A stretch of 64,000 nt of DNA from Octopus sinensis (lineage: Eukaryota): the NCBI RefSeq assembly GCF_006345805.1, contig NC_042999.1:171678001-171742000 (forward strand), in the 5' to 3' direction. Position numbers and translations under genes: made by a program. How positions within the stretch are numbered: the first letter of the stretch is position 1; the number at the start of each line of letters is the position of its first letter. The notes beneath the pieces were generated by a model that worked only from the letters and a program-made list of their open reading frames with translations, was not told the DNA's origin and ran no database searches. Shown here in pieces: positions 35,375-49,324 of the stretch.

Positions 35375-38300
35375 AAGAATATTTATATATATTTAATGGC
35401 CGGCATCATACCTCTCAGAAATCTATAGACAATAACTATATTACTGTGCTGATGTATAGAAACATAATATTCAGAAATAGATATAAATATTATAAATTCG
35501 ATGATCTATTTACAAACTTCATTTTCTCTACATAGCTCCGAATATTCTTCTTTGTATAAGAGACTAATTATATCACTGCTCTCTTTGTCGCCCTATACGT
35601 ATGTCGTTCCTAGCCTATCCAGTTTACATTCATTCTATTGCAAGTAGAAAATCTTTTGCGATAGTTACTTGCTGAAAGCTTTTCTATATTCTTCACAAAC
35701 GGGCATTGCTAAACCTTAAGCGTTTGATGACTGAATACGATATAGCTATAGGGTGAACTGCAGGTGAATTAGCATAAACGTTTACAATGTATTTCACATA
35801 TTATTTCATAGAACTATTAGGATGCCTGTGGAATATACATAATAATTCTTTTATCTGTCAGTAATACTGACAGATAAAAAGATAATTATGAATGACAAAA
35901 AAAAAAAAATAGACGACAATAGCAAGATTTTTACTATTAGTTGATATATTTAAAATAATGGTAGAGATATGTTGTAATAGGAAACGATATATCTCATTAA
36001 GGTTTTAGAAAAACTGATAATAAAGCTGTACATTACAGTTGTGTTGTGTATCATATGAATGTTAATATGCTAATTTACGGTTCTCTGCTATTGAACCTCT
36101 CATTTGCAGTTTTCTATTTGCATCATGTTTCGTTTTGCATATTTTCTAATAATGTTCCATTCGTTTATTATTTCAGATATACATGAAGATGCAATCGTTT
36201 GAAGAATTAGAATCGTTCCTCTGCAAGCCTCCACTTCATTTTTTCAAAATATAACATTTAGTGTAGTGTGAGGTTAAGTAGTGTTAAATTTCAATGAGTA
36301 TGAAGCATGTTTTTGACTACCGAAAATTTGTATGACAACGGAAATGACTTTTCAATATACTTTATTCAATTCACAGAAATGTCTCACTACATGTTTTGCT
36401 CTTGTTAATCATCTACACCATTAATTTAAAATTACGAAGGCATACATTCTTGTAATAAGACAGATTGAGTCGATTATATTAGCACAACATCAAGTTTTGT
36501 TATCTATTTAAGTTAGTGTCAAATTATTTCGACATATTCCATTACCCTAATTGCTAAAATGGAAGAGATTTCCACAACAGAGTCAAGAAGTTTGAAACAC
36601 TATTTAAAATTATAATAAAGCGTTCGAAATTTTAAAATAGGAGGTTTGATAAACGTCTTTATGTGTTACTTTTACAGCTGGTAGTTCATACTGCGGCGAA
36701 AATTTGATCTTCTTTTGAATTACATCGCTATCTTACATGCATTGAAAACGGAAAACATGACCATAATTTCTGAAAATGACGTCAACCTGTTTGAAATGTA
36801 CAAAGATTAATACAATTATTTTCGTAGTAGGCGCTGTGTATCTTAAGATCTGAGAGGTCATTTTGCTATCACAACTTACAGGTTCGATCTCACACCTCAG
36901 CATCTTCGGGTTATGCAACCTTCGATGATCAGTGTCGATCCATGCATCCGAATGGATTTTTACCTGTAATATAACGAGTAGCTACATCAGAGAGAGTGTC
37001 AGAGCCATTCCAGTTGATTATTACCTTAAGGCTACAGTTGCCTGCGGAGCATTCAGCAACTTACACTTTAATGCCGTGTCAGTAAATCAATCGATCTATC
37101 AACTGTATCCTCATGGTCGAAAGACGAACATTCTTCCATATTTCGCTATGAAAGTTTCTATTAAAACGAACCCATATTATGTTCTTGCATAAATACAAAA
37201 GATTTTCATATTCATTTCACAGAAGGGAAATGAATAGAAGCTACTATCTCATTTTCTGTCATGAGTGAACGCGCAATACTATTGACCTAAAATAGAATGT
37301 CACACCAGCGTACAATAACCGCGGTCGCCACAGTAGCACAATGAAATGCCTTTATAAAGCAGTTCTATGAATAATAGACAAAGCTACCATCTTGCTTAAA
37401 ACACCGAGCGTTTTATTATAATTCAAACTTGTTTTTCAAAGTTTTCCAATCTGTGGTTGAAATCTCTTCAGTTTTAGCAGTCACTGTAATGGAATGTGTC
37501 GGAAAAATTTGACATTTAGTTGAATAGATAACAAAAAACAAAAAAAAAAAACAACAAAAAGCTAGGTAAAGAAACCAGAAGAAAATATCTCGCTTTTCTA
37601 ATCTAATAGAATCAATGTATTATATTGAAAACCAGTATGCCTTTGTGATTTTAAATTAACTAGCAAATACGTTTTGTTGTCTTCCGCATATGGGAAAAAT
37701 AGATTACTTTCATAAGGAAATCTGAATATGGGTTTGCTATCGACACATTTCGCTATAGTAAAAGAAACAAAAACAAAAACAAAATCATTCAAGTACTGCA
37801 TGAATATCATTTAAGTAAAATTGTGAAATGGTAAAGTGTTTTTAATTGGATGATATTCAGGCGTTTAAGAATAATTTTCTTTTGGAATTGTTTTTCCTTT
37901 ACTATCAAATTATCATATCCCTATAAAACCCGGGACCTATGGCATCTTCCAACATATACATCGATTCATACATGATATATATATATATACACACTTAAAT
38001 ACACACGCACGAACACACACACACACAAACACGGACGCACACACACATATGTATATATGTATAATTATACATATATATATACACACATATATGTATTCGT
38101 ACCTATATATATGTGTGTATGTGAGAGTATACTTAGATGAGGGTATATGTTAATGTAGATAGATATATACATATGTGCATACACATATACATGCACGGAT
38201 GCATACACCATAAACATGCAAGCATACATACATACATACATACATACATACATACATACATACATACATACATACATACATACACACATGCAGGCATGCT

Positions 38301-39029
38301 TGGATGCATATATACATTCATGTATGCACGCATGCGTACATACGAACGTACGTAAATGCATTTGTACATGCATACAAACCTGAATCAAGTAGTAAAAGAT
38401 TAAATTAGTTTGGACTATGTATGTGTATCATTTCTCGACTCTGTGTCCGAATCTAGATTTGAAAATAGTAGAAAGTGCATTGAAAATTATTCAGATTGTG
38501 TTTAATAAATTTTATAAATATATTTTCATAATGAATGTTTAGTACGTAGTTAATAATACATATAATGCTTAAGCGAAGAATATATTTAAGCAAAGTAAAA
38601 GTATTTTATTAACCGATATATATAGCCATTTCTTAGTAGATATATAGTTATCATCATCTTAATTTAGACGTCCTAATGATTTATATCAAACGGAAAATGT
38701 GTGTTTTTATCAAACAACTTAGTAGGTCTTGCAGATATATCAATAAATTTTATTCCCGACAATTTCTTTGAAATCCTTTTTGGAAAAATATATTGTAATG
38801 ATATCATATATTCCTAGGTCCACCATTTCATCAATCACAGCAGCTTCCAAGCTTCACCATTAATTCAGTTCTCAACTAAATTGCAAAGTGTTAATAGTTT
38901 TAAAGCGGACACCTTCTCAGCTTCACTTTGGCATAAATAGTTTGAGATTTGGTTCAATAGAAAACAATGTCACATCAAAATATATCAGACCTCAGGTGGG
39001 CAGTAAGGCAGATATTCATCTTAATTAAC

Positions 39030-42000
39030 ATCAAGATGATGGTCCTACCAATAGTCAGCTCAACGAGCAGTTGCTGTTGCTCAAACAAGAGATTGAGCAC
39101 CTAAAGTCTGCTGTTGCTCTCTTACTGAATAAACAGTCTCCTGTTGACGCAGAGTCACCCTTGATTTCTTCCCTGGAGACGTCCAAACCGAAGGGAAAAA
39201 AATCGAAGCGGCCAAAGAAGGCGAAGGAACCGGCGGTCGTTTCTGCACATGATCGTTCCCGTGCGGATTCTTCCTCATCTGCCTTTTCGGTCCCGGAGGT
39301 TCCCCAACCTAATTTGAGGAGCGTAGACTCAAACCCACCTGAAGACCGTTGTTCTCCCCAAAAGAAGAAACGTCGTCAAAACTCCAGTGGGGCGGATTTA
39401 GCTATGAAACCTGACCACGATAAACGGTCTCCTGTTGACGCAGAGTCACCCTTGATTTCTTCCCTGGAGACGTCCAAACCGATGGGAACGAAATCGAAGC
39501 GGCCAAAGAAGGCGAAGGAACCGGCGGTCGTTCCTGCACATGATCGTTCCTGTGCGGATTCTTCCTCATCTGCCTTTTCGGTCCCGGAGGTTCCCCAACC
39601 TAGTTTGAGGAGCGTAGACTCAAACCCCAAAAGAAGAAACGTAGTCAAAACTCCAGAGGGGCAGATTTGGCTATGAAACCTGATCACGATAAAATCTGTT
39701 TGGATTCTCCTTCACTTGTCCTTCCCATTAATGCCATTGCTCAACCAATTCTGAACGATCTCGATGTGAGTTCATCTGGGGAGTGGTGCTCCCCAAAACC
39801 GAAGAAGAGGCAGTGCAGTTCCAAACCAGGCGGGAAAATTATGACCACTAAATCCATTCCGATCGACCCCACAGGCCGACATAAGTCCGATGGCTATGAA
39901 ACCACCCTTTCGAAATCCTCCAATGAAGAATCGAATACCGCAGCTCATAGTAGAGAACTTTTTGCCCACTCAAGATCGGCAATAATACATGGCAAAGCTG
40001 AATCCACCTGTGATACAGGCATAAACCGCCTAAAAGTTGACGTTAATTTTGTTTCCATTTTGGTTGGAGAATTGCTCTGTGAACGAAAATGTCAGTGTTC
40101 TTAAGGTCGCTCGGCTAGGAAGATTCCAAGCGAACCCAACCGCAGATACTAGACCACGCCCAATAAGGGTAATCTTTTCTTCTGATCGGGAGGCTTCAGT
40201 CTTTCTGAACAGAGCTCAGACGCATGCCTGGGAGGACCCCAATATGGGTTTTCGCGAAGAATACTCACTAAGAGAGAGAATTCGCCGGAGGAACCTGATA
40301 TCCGAGCTAAAGATGAGGAAACAAATGGGAGAGAAGGGTTTACGAATCCAAGATGGACAGATAATCAAGTCCTACCTCTGGTCCCATGCTGTAGTGCTGA
40401 CAGGGAAAGTGATGTGAGGGCAAATCGAAGTGAAGTTGATACCCCCGTCAACGATGCTATCTCTGATGCCCTTTATTCTGCTTGTTCCCCAACTCCCGCC
40501 CCTCAGACTTCACAGCTCAGCATCGTCTACACCAACTCGTGCTCCTTATTCCCAAAGTTCAGTGAACTATTTACACTGGCCATACGTGACTCCCCTGATG
40601 TGATAGCTATCACCGAGACTTGGCTGACTGCAGCAGTAAAGGACTCAGAAATCCACCTGCAGGGCTACGTCCTTTTCAGATGTGACAGAGGAAAAAGGCG
40701 AGGTGGAGGTGTTGCTGTGTATGTTAAGTCTGAGCACAAACCGTCCTATTTTCAAACAAGATGATGGTCGTGAACCCCCTCCATTTGATAGATCGGTACC
40801 TCCAATGCTTCGATTGATCATCACGCGGGACGAAGTCAAACGTGTTATTCAAGGCATCGATGTCAACAAGGGTCACGGCCCTGACGGCATACACCCACGG
40901 GTTATCAAAGCGTTGGCTCCGGTCATCTGCGAGCCCTTAACACGACTATTCAATATGTCATTGGCGAGGGTGTTATACCTGCAGACTGGAGAACAGCGAT
41001 AATCTGCCCAATTTTCAAGAAAGGGAGCCGCGAAGACCCGCTTAACTACCGACCGGTTTCCCTACATCAATAATCAGCAAGATGTTCGAAACCATCCTTA
41101 AGAAAAGTATGATGCTCCACCTCCTAAACACAGCCTCGATCACTGATTCCCAACACGGCTGCATGCCGAAGAGAGCATGCTTGACCAACTTACTAGTAAT
41201 GGAAGAATTGGTGACGCGCATCCTCGATCCTGTGATAGTGATGCTGTTGACATCGTTTTATTGGACTTTGCCAAGCTTTTGACTCGGTAAACCACCGCCT
41301 ACTACTTGTAAAGCTTCAAGCATATAGTTTCCATCCGGATATTGTACGATGGGTTGGTGCCTCCTTCTCAGATCGCGCTCCTTCCAAGTTCAAGTTAATG
41401 GTTCGCGGTCCGAACGTCTCCAGTGCGAGCAGTGGCGTTCCTCATGTTCAGTGCTTGGGCCCTTGTTGTTCTTAGTCTTCATAAATGACTTGCCGGACGA
41501 CCTCACGCAACACACCCTTCTATTTGCCGACGATATCAAACTGGTCGCTCCTCGCGGTAGTATAAGGGATCTTCGTCGATGCCTCCACCACATTTGGAAG
41601 TGGTCTAACGATTGGGACCTGTGTCTAACGTGTCAAAGTGCTGTCATCTGCCTGTCGGCTCTACTCCTGCAACTCAACTTGATTTCGGCCGGGTCGTCTG
41701 CTGCTGGAGAGGACCGATCAGGTAAAGGACCTGGGTATCTTGCTGGATTCCTCCTTTTCGCCTTCGGCCCAGTGCGTCCATGCTGCCAACAAAGCGCGCG
41801 GAATTCTGTTTGATTCGACGGTCATTCGGAATGCTCACAGCAGCCATATTCCTGCCACTCTATGTCACCTGGTGAGACCCATATGGAGTATGGGATTCAA
41901 GCCTCTTCTCCTTCTCTCTCTCCTCAAAGACATACAGCACCTCGAAAAGTCCAGAGGCTGGCTACCCGCATGGTTCATGGTCTCAAAAATTTGTCCTACG

Positions 42001-42403
42001 AAGAAAGGCTGAGGACGCTCGACCTTTATTCTCTTGAAAAACGCCGCCGCCGTGGTGATCTCATTCTCGCCCACAACATCATAAGCGGGAAGTGTAACCT
42101 CTCGAAAGAGCTGTTCTTCACTCTGCTCCGGAGCGTCGGCTGCGGGGTCATTCCGAAAAGCTCTACCTGCGACGATTTCATCTCAATCGAAGGAGAGGAG
42201 CTTTTTCCGTCCGGTTGCGGATCCGTGGAACAAGCTGCCAGACGAGATGGTGAAGATGCCGACGACGGCTTTGTTCAAAGCCTCCCTGGACCTCAAGTGG
42301 CCTGAACTCTTTACATGAACACCACCCTGTACTTAACTCCATGTCCCCCTACATGGCCTTGCTATTTGCTTTTGAGCCAAATTAACTAACTAACTAACTA
42401 ACA
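39030..42403 (+). mobile_element. CR1/L2-type LINE with ORF1 and internally deleted, frameshifted ORF2; (TAAC)n tail
   Basis: ORF1 RPRPIRVIF..ELKMRKQMGEKGLRIQDG; APE YTN..DVIAITETWL..RGGGVAVYV; RT GPDGIHP, NYRPVS, LGPLLFLVFINDL, LFADDIKL. Confidence 0.93.
39071..40417 (+). pseudogene. LINE ORF1 with 291-bp internal tandem repeat, two frameshifts
   Basis: Track ORFs 39071-39676, 39667-40104 and 40037-40417. Confidence 0.8.
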
Positions 42404-42624
42404 TAACTTTTGTAATTTCAATTAAAAGTAAAATTTTCTTAGACTTAAATGATAGAAAAATGCATGAGGAATTCAGAATCGTTAGTCGCATTGAACAATA
42501 ATTAGTAGAAAAACAGTTATGAGATAAAATGTTACAAAATTTTATGTCAGCAGATAAGGAAGTAAGAAGTAACGCTTTAGCAATAAGAATAAAGAATATA
42601 TTTCTAAAATGAATGCATATTTCC

Positions 42625-43060
42625 TAAGGTGGCGACCTGGCAGAAGCGCTTAGCAGTGTTTTGTCTGACTTAGCGAATGAGTTCAAATTTCGCCGAGGTC
42701 AACTTTGTTGTACGGATTATTTAATTAATCTCTTTTTCTTTTATTAATCTAAATACAGTCAAACCTCTGATACAGGTAGACTATATCACATAGAACAGGG
42801 TTTACACTTAACGTTTTTGACAAATTTGTATTTTAAAAGCGGGTTTTCGTCCGTCTTTACGTTCTGCGTTCAAATTCCGCCGAGGCCTTTCATCCATTTC
42901 CGATCTATTGAATTAGACGTAGAGATTATTTAATTATCTTTTTTTAACTAAGCACTTTCAAACTTCCAATACTGGTAGAATGTGTCACATAGAACAGGAT
43001 CTACTCTCAACGTTTTGACAAAATGTTGTATCTTAGAAGTTATTTCGTCAGACGTTACAG
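42625..43060 (+). repeat. Degenerate SINE A fragments within a roughly 195-bp tandem duplication
   Basis: gttcaaatt..cgccgagg at about 42680 and 42870; spacer cacatagaacagg..aacgttt.gacaaa occurs twice. Confidence 0.6.
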
Positions 43061-43854
43061 ACTGATAATGGACAAATTCTTGTTTGATAAGTGTTAATAC
43101 ACGGAACTCTCAGCTTTTGACTTACTCTCTAACTTCTACCGATGATATATACACATATTGCATATATGTGTACAAACATCTCATCACACAATCGAATTAC
43201 AGAAAGAGCCTATACCTGGTCGCTCGACATGCTAAAAGTAACACCCAAAGTATCCCCCTACTTAAATCACACACCCGTTGTATGTAATGTCTTAGATTAT
43301 CCTTAAAAAGACGTTTTGCTGAAGGCTTGAATGTCTTTGATGACAGGCTTGCAGTATCAGGGTTGATTCGAGCCTAAATAACAACTTTATGGTAAATTTC
43401 TATATTAACACCCGCACGATTTTCACTAGGAAAAAGATACTGATTTTTTGCGTGGAATCAAGTACACCGGCCTCCTAATATGCTGCAAATCCCTAATTTT
43501 AGTTCGGAAAAATTAGGTGGGGGTGGAACATCCCCACCAATCCCAGAATCATTGGAAATTTCTTTCGTTGGATGAATTCCTGTGACATAATATTGCAAAA
43601 TTAGGTTACTTAAGGTTTGCCCGAAAACTGATGGTCTTGAGGCCTTGTTTGTAACTTTTCATGAGCCCCGGTGCAACCAACAACATGGTTAATATCCCTG
43701 CCATTAATTTGGTGTGGATGGATAATATCAAATAATTCAATCACAACATATATTTAAATTAAACATAGAAAAACTTATCTTTCAGTATTTTATAAGGTAA
43801 AATCTTAAATTATTAATTGAGACATTATTAAATATCTTATGGAAAAATCATGGA

Positions 43855-44375
43855 TTACATGGAAAAATGCGAGCCTGAAAAGTAATATTCTTAAGATTAT
43901 AAACCTGGAAAAGTACAGGACAAGTTATTACACCTGTAAAGTATAGGACAAGCTATTACTTCTAGTAAAGTAAAGAATAAGAAACTTTTTACTTAAAATA
44001 TTGCGGCTAAGATTGAAATTTGAACGTTAAAACTTATTTTATTATAATTTACAAATAATACTATACTAATTTAAGTAGAGTTTGGTTAATTTACTACTTT
44101 TAATACAGAAACAGAGACTAATTAGACAAACATACAAATTAGCTGAACCGTTTTTTTTTTTCAATAAATTTTAAAGATGAGAACTGTAAAGAATAATAAA
44201 TTAGAAGAAGTGGCATTCTTTGCTGCAATATTTCAAGTAAAAAGCTTCTTATTCCTTACCTTACTAATAGTAATAGCTTGTCCTATACTTTTACAAGTGT
44301 AATAACTTGTCCTGTATTTTTCCAGTTTTATAATCTTAAGAATATTACTTTTCATGCTCGCATTTTTCCATGTAA
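43855..44375. repeat. Inverted repeat with about 150-bp arms (MITE/foldback relic)
   Basis: 43855-44007 is approximately the reverse complement of 44221-44375. Confidence 0.8.
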
Positions 44376-45128
44376 ATGAAATATTGTCTCTTCTTTTGAA
44401 AGCTAGCATTTTAGATGTTAATGCAGCCAATAAAGCATAAAAATTGCACCAGGATTTATGACAAAACTGAAGATTTAAATTTTTCCCTACACCCTGAGGA
44501 GAATTCAACTAAAAGCAAGGCATAAATTTGGCCTATTTTTGGAATGAATTATAATTTTTACGATCCACGTAAATAGACAGGATTACTTTGGAAAGATATT
44601 GGTTAAATGCTTTACATCTTGCTTGGGGAGACGTAGTAAAATTTTGAAAACTTCATCGATGTATATCTCAGACCAGTAAACTTCAATAAGTCAGTTCAGT
44701 GTCAGCTTATTAATGCAAACACACACACACACACAACTACGCACCCGCACATATACTTATGTATAAATGCAAAAAGAAATAACTGCTGGCACATGTTGCA
44801 GCAGCAGCAAGTATGTGATACTTGATTGGCGTTCTCACATGTACAATGATTTACGTATTTTCCAGTGTACAAAAATAGCGGAGAATATTCTTCAAATAGC
44901 TGAGAATATTCTTTGCAGAATGTTAATAAAATGTATATAATGAAAGAGACAGGGAGTAAATTACTTAAAATCTGATCCCGACTCGTCAAGAGTTGTACTG
45001 AGTACCGTGAAAGATTAATTTTAGGAAGAGGGTACTTAAGAGAGGATATAGTATAATCAGGACGAAGCGATGAACTGAATACCGAGTTAAAACAGTTCGG
45101 GAGTTAGAAGGACAATTCTGTTCCTATG

Positions 45129-46036
45129 ACGGGGCTAATGCAGTTTCGCACCTCTCCTTGAAAAATGCATTTTTTTTTTCTTTTGAAAAAAAAAATTATC
45201 GAATTCCTACGTTTCAGATATCGAAGATTACGAATATGCAAAAAAAGGTTTTTTTATTTCACCCCACCACCTCTTCCCACACCCCACCTCACTCCCAATT
45301 TAAATTTTTGATTTTGTTTACTTTAAAGAGATCGTAGCTAATTGACGAACATATGCAAATCGAAATTAAATAGACAAAAACATTAAAGTAAAAGAATTTG
45401 CCTTTTACTTATTTGCCTTAAATAATCACAAATAATAATTTAATGTAAATTAAATATAGACGCAGGAGTGGCTGTGTGGTAGCTTGCTTACCAACCACAT
45501 GGTTCCGGGTTCAGACCCACTGCGTGGCATCTTGAGCAAGTGTCTTCTGCTATAACCTCGGGCCGACCAAAGCCTTGTGGGTGGATTTGGTTGACGGAAA
45601 CTGAAAGAAGCCTGTCGTATATATGAATGTATATATATATGTGTGTGTATATGTTTTTGTGTCTGTGTTTCTCCCCCTAGCATTGCTTGACAACCAATGC
45701 TGGTGTGTTTACGTCCCCGTCACTTAGCGGCTCGGCAAAAGAGACCGATAGAATAAGTACTGGGCTTACAAAGAATAAGTCCCGGGGTCAATTTGCTCGA
45801 CTAAAGGCGGTGCTCCAGCATGGCCGCAGTCAAATGATTGAAACAAGTAAAAGAGTAAAAGAGTAAAGAGTATACACCAATTTAAAATTTTGAACATTTT
45901 CATCCATTTACTTATCTATCTGTCCATCCCCGTCCGTTTATTCATAAAATATACTTGTCAACTAAATATGGCGGTCCTATAGAAGACAGTGTTACTGTTG
46001 CTTTTAGTCCCAGGAAGGCATTCATATCTATCTATC

Positions 46037-46110
<74 letters not shown>

Positions 46111-46406
46111 CATCTATCTGTCTATCTATTTATCTATCTATCTATCTCTTTATACACATATCTATATGCTTATTGAATTTAAAATTTTGAAAGCGTGGGT
46201 TCTTGCATTTTCGGAATCTAAAATACTGGAAAAAAATTCGAAAAAGTTCGAAATGTTAATGGGGATGGGTGGTAGTAAGGGTGGGGGAGGTCAATTTTTT
46301 TTTTGTATATTCGTAATTTTCGACATCTAAAACGTAGGGATCCGAAAATTTTTTTTAGAAAAAATGCATTTTTCCAGGGGAGGTGCGAAACTGGATAGGC
46401 CCCCTG
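45129..46406. mobile_element. Non-autonomous TIR DNA transposon (about 170-bp diverged TIRs) with a nested SINE and (TCTA)n
   Basis: ggggc.a..cagtttcgcacctc..gaaaaatgcatttttt at the left end; reverse complement at 46240-46405. Confidence 0.7.
45457..45870 (+). mobile_element. Full-length SINE family B
   Basis: A-box TGGCTGTGTGG, B-box GGTTCAGACCC, internal (TA/TG)n, 3' ggcggtgctccagcatggccgcag, (aagagta)n tail. Confidence 0.92.
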
Positions 46407-47104
46407 TGATGTCCTACAAAACAAACCACTTGTTATTGGAAGATATTTGTCATCGAATCAAAAATCGGGCTAGGGTTTACTCTTTATTTCGTTTAGGATT
46501 TATTCATATGAAATTAATGACTGTTTGTACATAGCATTAATGACTGCATCAATTCTTTAATTTTTAATCAGAAGACAGGTCACTGTGTTTTATGGTTCCC
46601 CTAAGGTACTTTCTCCGTGTGCATATATCTCAATCTTTCCTGACAGTAAATCAAATCTATGGTGTCGATACATACTTAGCCTGAAATTTACGACCCAATG
46701 ACCAAAACGTACGTGCGCACGCACACACACACACACATACACACACACACAAACACAGGCACACAGGCACACAGGCACACACAAACACACAAACACACAC
46801 ACACACACACAACATGCACATACAGGCACACGCGCACACACAATATGCACATACACAAACAAACACACTAGCACACGCACAGACACACACACACATTTTT
46901 TGTTCATTACTTAATGAGTATATTTCATTACCAAAGGTTCTTGTTTGTTATTTTCAGATTTTATCGATAATCCTTGACATTTTTCAGCGTCGCTAACATT
47001 CTTTGCTGACGTAACGAATGAAGAGTTTACCTTGTTTGCAATCCGCACCGACATTTATATCCATATTCCCGTCAATACTACTCTGAATCATTTTCACTTA
47101 GCTC

Positions 47105-47106
47105 AC

Positions 47107-47194
<88 letters not shown>

Positions 47195-47322
47195 GTCTAT
47201 CTATCTATCTATATATATATATATCTGTTTAGCTATCTGTTTTTCTATCCATCTATCTATCTGTTTATCTATCTATCGAACTATCTACCTATCTCCATAT
47301 ATATATTTATCTATCTATCTAC

Positions 47323-47420
<98 letters not shown>
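47105..47420. repeat. (TCTA)n microsatellite (another at 46026-46150)
   Basis: Direct inspection. Confidence 0.95.
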
Positions 47421-47421
<1 letters not shown>

Positions 47422-48634
47422 AACTCCAAATAGCAAAGACAAATGACCGCATGTACTCGTATATATTGTAGTTTTACATATCCTTCTTTTAATACGGCAG
47501 TAACAGCTGAATTCGGAAAAACAATTTTGCGAAAGTGAAACCCAATAAATCATTCAATATTCGAAAAGAAGCTCACCTTGCGTAAATTTGATTTAATACA
47601 TTTATAGAGTACCTATAACATAGCAGCAAACAAACATATTCTAACATATCATCAAACATATTTAAGCACCTCTTAATGTTGATTAGAAAATAGAGATTGT
47701 ACTCACACTGCTTAGTCTCAAGCGATGCCGTGAAGGAGCCAGTAAATCTACATTAATTTTTTTATGCTGTTTACGCAAATCATGCTCGTTTTCGAAATTT
47801 AGTCAAGAATTGAATTCAGAATTCTTAATGTTCAATAGGATATCTAAATAACTACTTAATTAAATCGCTTTGCATTCCTCAATAAAGAATGTAACAATTA
47901 AAAGAGACATTTCTCTGGCAATTATTAAATTGAGTTGTTTAATTTTTCAGCATTGGCTTAGAGTTTGAAGATACAAGACAATTATCATATCACTTTTTTC
48001 AACGTCTATAGAAAGATTATAACAAACTAACAAGGAGCTATTTCAATAAATGACACGCAACAACACCAAATTAATCTTAAAATTTTAACAAGAAAGAATT
48101 TGATACCATACGTGATTTTACATACAATAAATAGCAGTATAATATACACCTTTACCACGGCTATACTTGTTAGTCATAAATAATGACATGGACATCTTTC
48201 GGTAGAATATTGCAATCATACCCCAACTCTAACGGAATCTGCTCAACCTATTACAGATTTTAAATGGCAGCAGTGATGCTATATTTTGCTTTCCCGTCTC
48301 TCACTTTCCATTTGATGTCATCAAAATGTCTGGGTAAGAATTGAAAATACTATATCTTACGAGACAGGTTGCGACTTTAAATTGAACGGGTTTGAAGACG
48401 ACTTTCAGCTCGGGCACTTATTAATATTTTTTGTTGTTATTGTTTTCGGTTTATTTCTGAGAATGACGGAAATCACAACAGTATGCTCAAATTTCTTGTC
48501 CTTACGAAGTTTGTTAAACGCTCCAGCAAACAAAACCTCTGGTTATAAAATGGTTTCATCGCGTGTAATTGCAGACATAATGCTGTTTCACTTTTCAGAT
48601 ATAATACTGTAACACTTATCTTAGGTCATGTTTG

Positions 48635-48674
<40 letters not shown>

Positions 48675-49260
48675 TAACACAAACATACACACACACGCCG
48701 CACACAGGATAAACGTATGAACAACGTTTTATCATATTTTTCCAAACAGGCACTTGTCAACACATATAACGAGCATGTTTTCAGGTGTTTACACTGGAAA
48801 AAACACACTTTCAGCTATTTCAAATAATATCCGCTCTCTTTTGTCTAATAATATCTGTAATTTTCTTTCTATCTCTCTATTCCTTTCAATCTACACGAAG
48901 CATTCTTCCCCTCATCGTTTCTATCTATTTGTCATTCACCTTTCTATTTGTTTAGTTCTCCGTTACTTTAATTTTCTTTCTTTCTTCCTTCTCTTCCTCT
49001 CTGGACTTATGATGTCAAATTTCTTAACAATTTTAAAAAACTTACTAGCGTTCTCTGTCCATTTTTTGTTTTTATATATTATATATTATAATATATAAAA
49101 CATGGCCTATTAATGAACACTGTTATTTACAACATCGACCCTGATGATATATTTTCTCCGGATTAATTTTTAATGTATCCATCCATTAATGAAACATATA
49201 TGTTGGTGATATAAATGATTCAAGTAATATCTTGTGCGTCTGTCTCCATTTACAATTCCT

Positions 49261-49324
<64 letters not shown>

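Noticed and set aside
38780-39020. Possible RTE-like RT remnant on the minus strand
   Set aside because: Too degenerate; no unambiguous motif
47577-47612. 36-nt minus-strand exon candidate with good AG/GTGAG sites (VLYKCIKSNLRK or YSINVLNQIYA)
   Set aside because: Isolated; no partner exons or homology identifiable without RNA data
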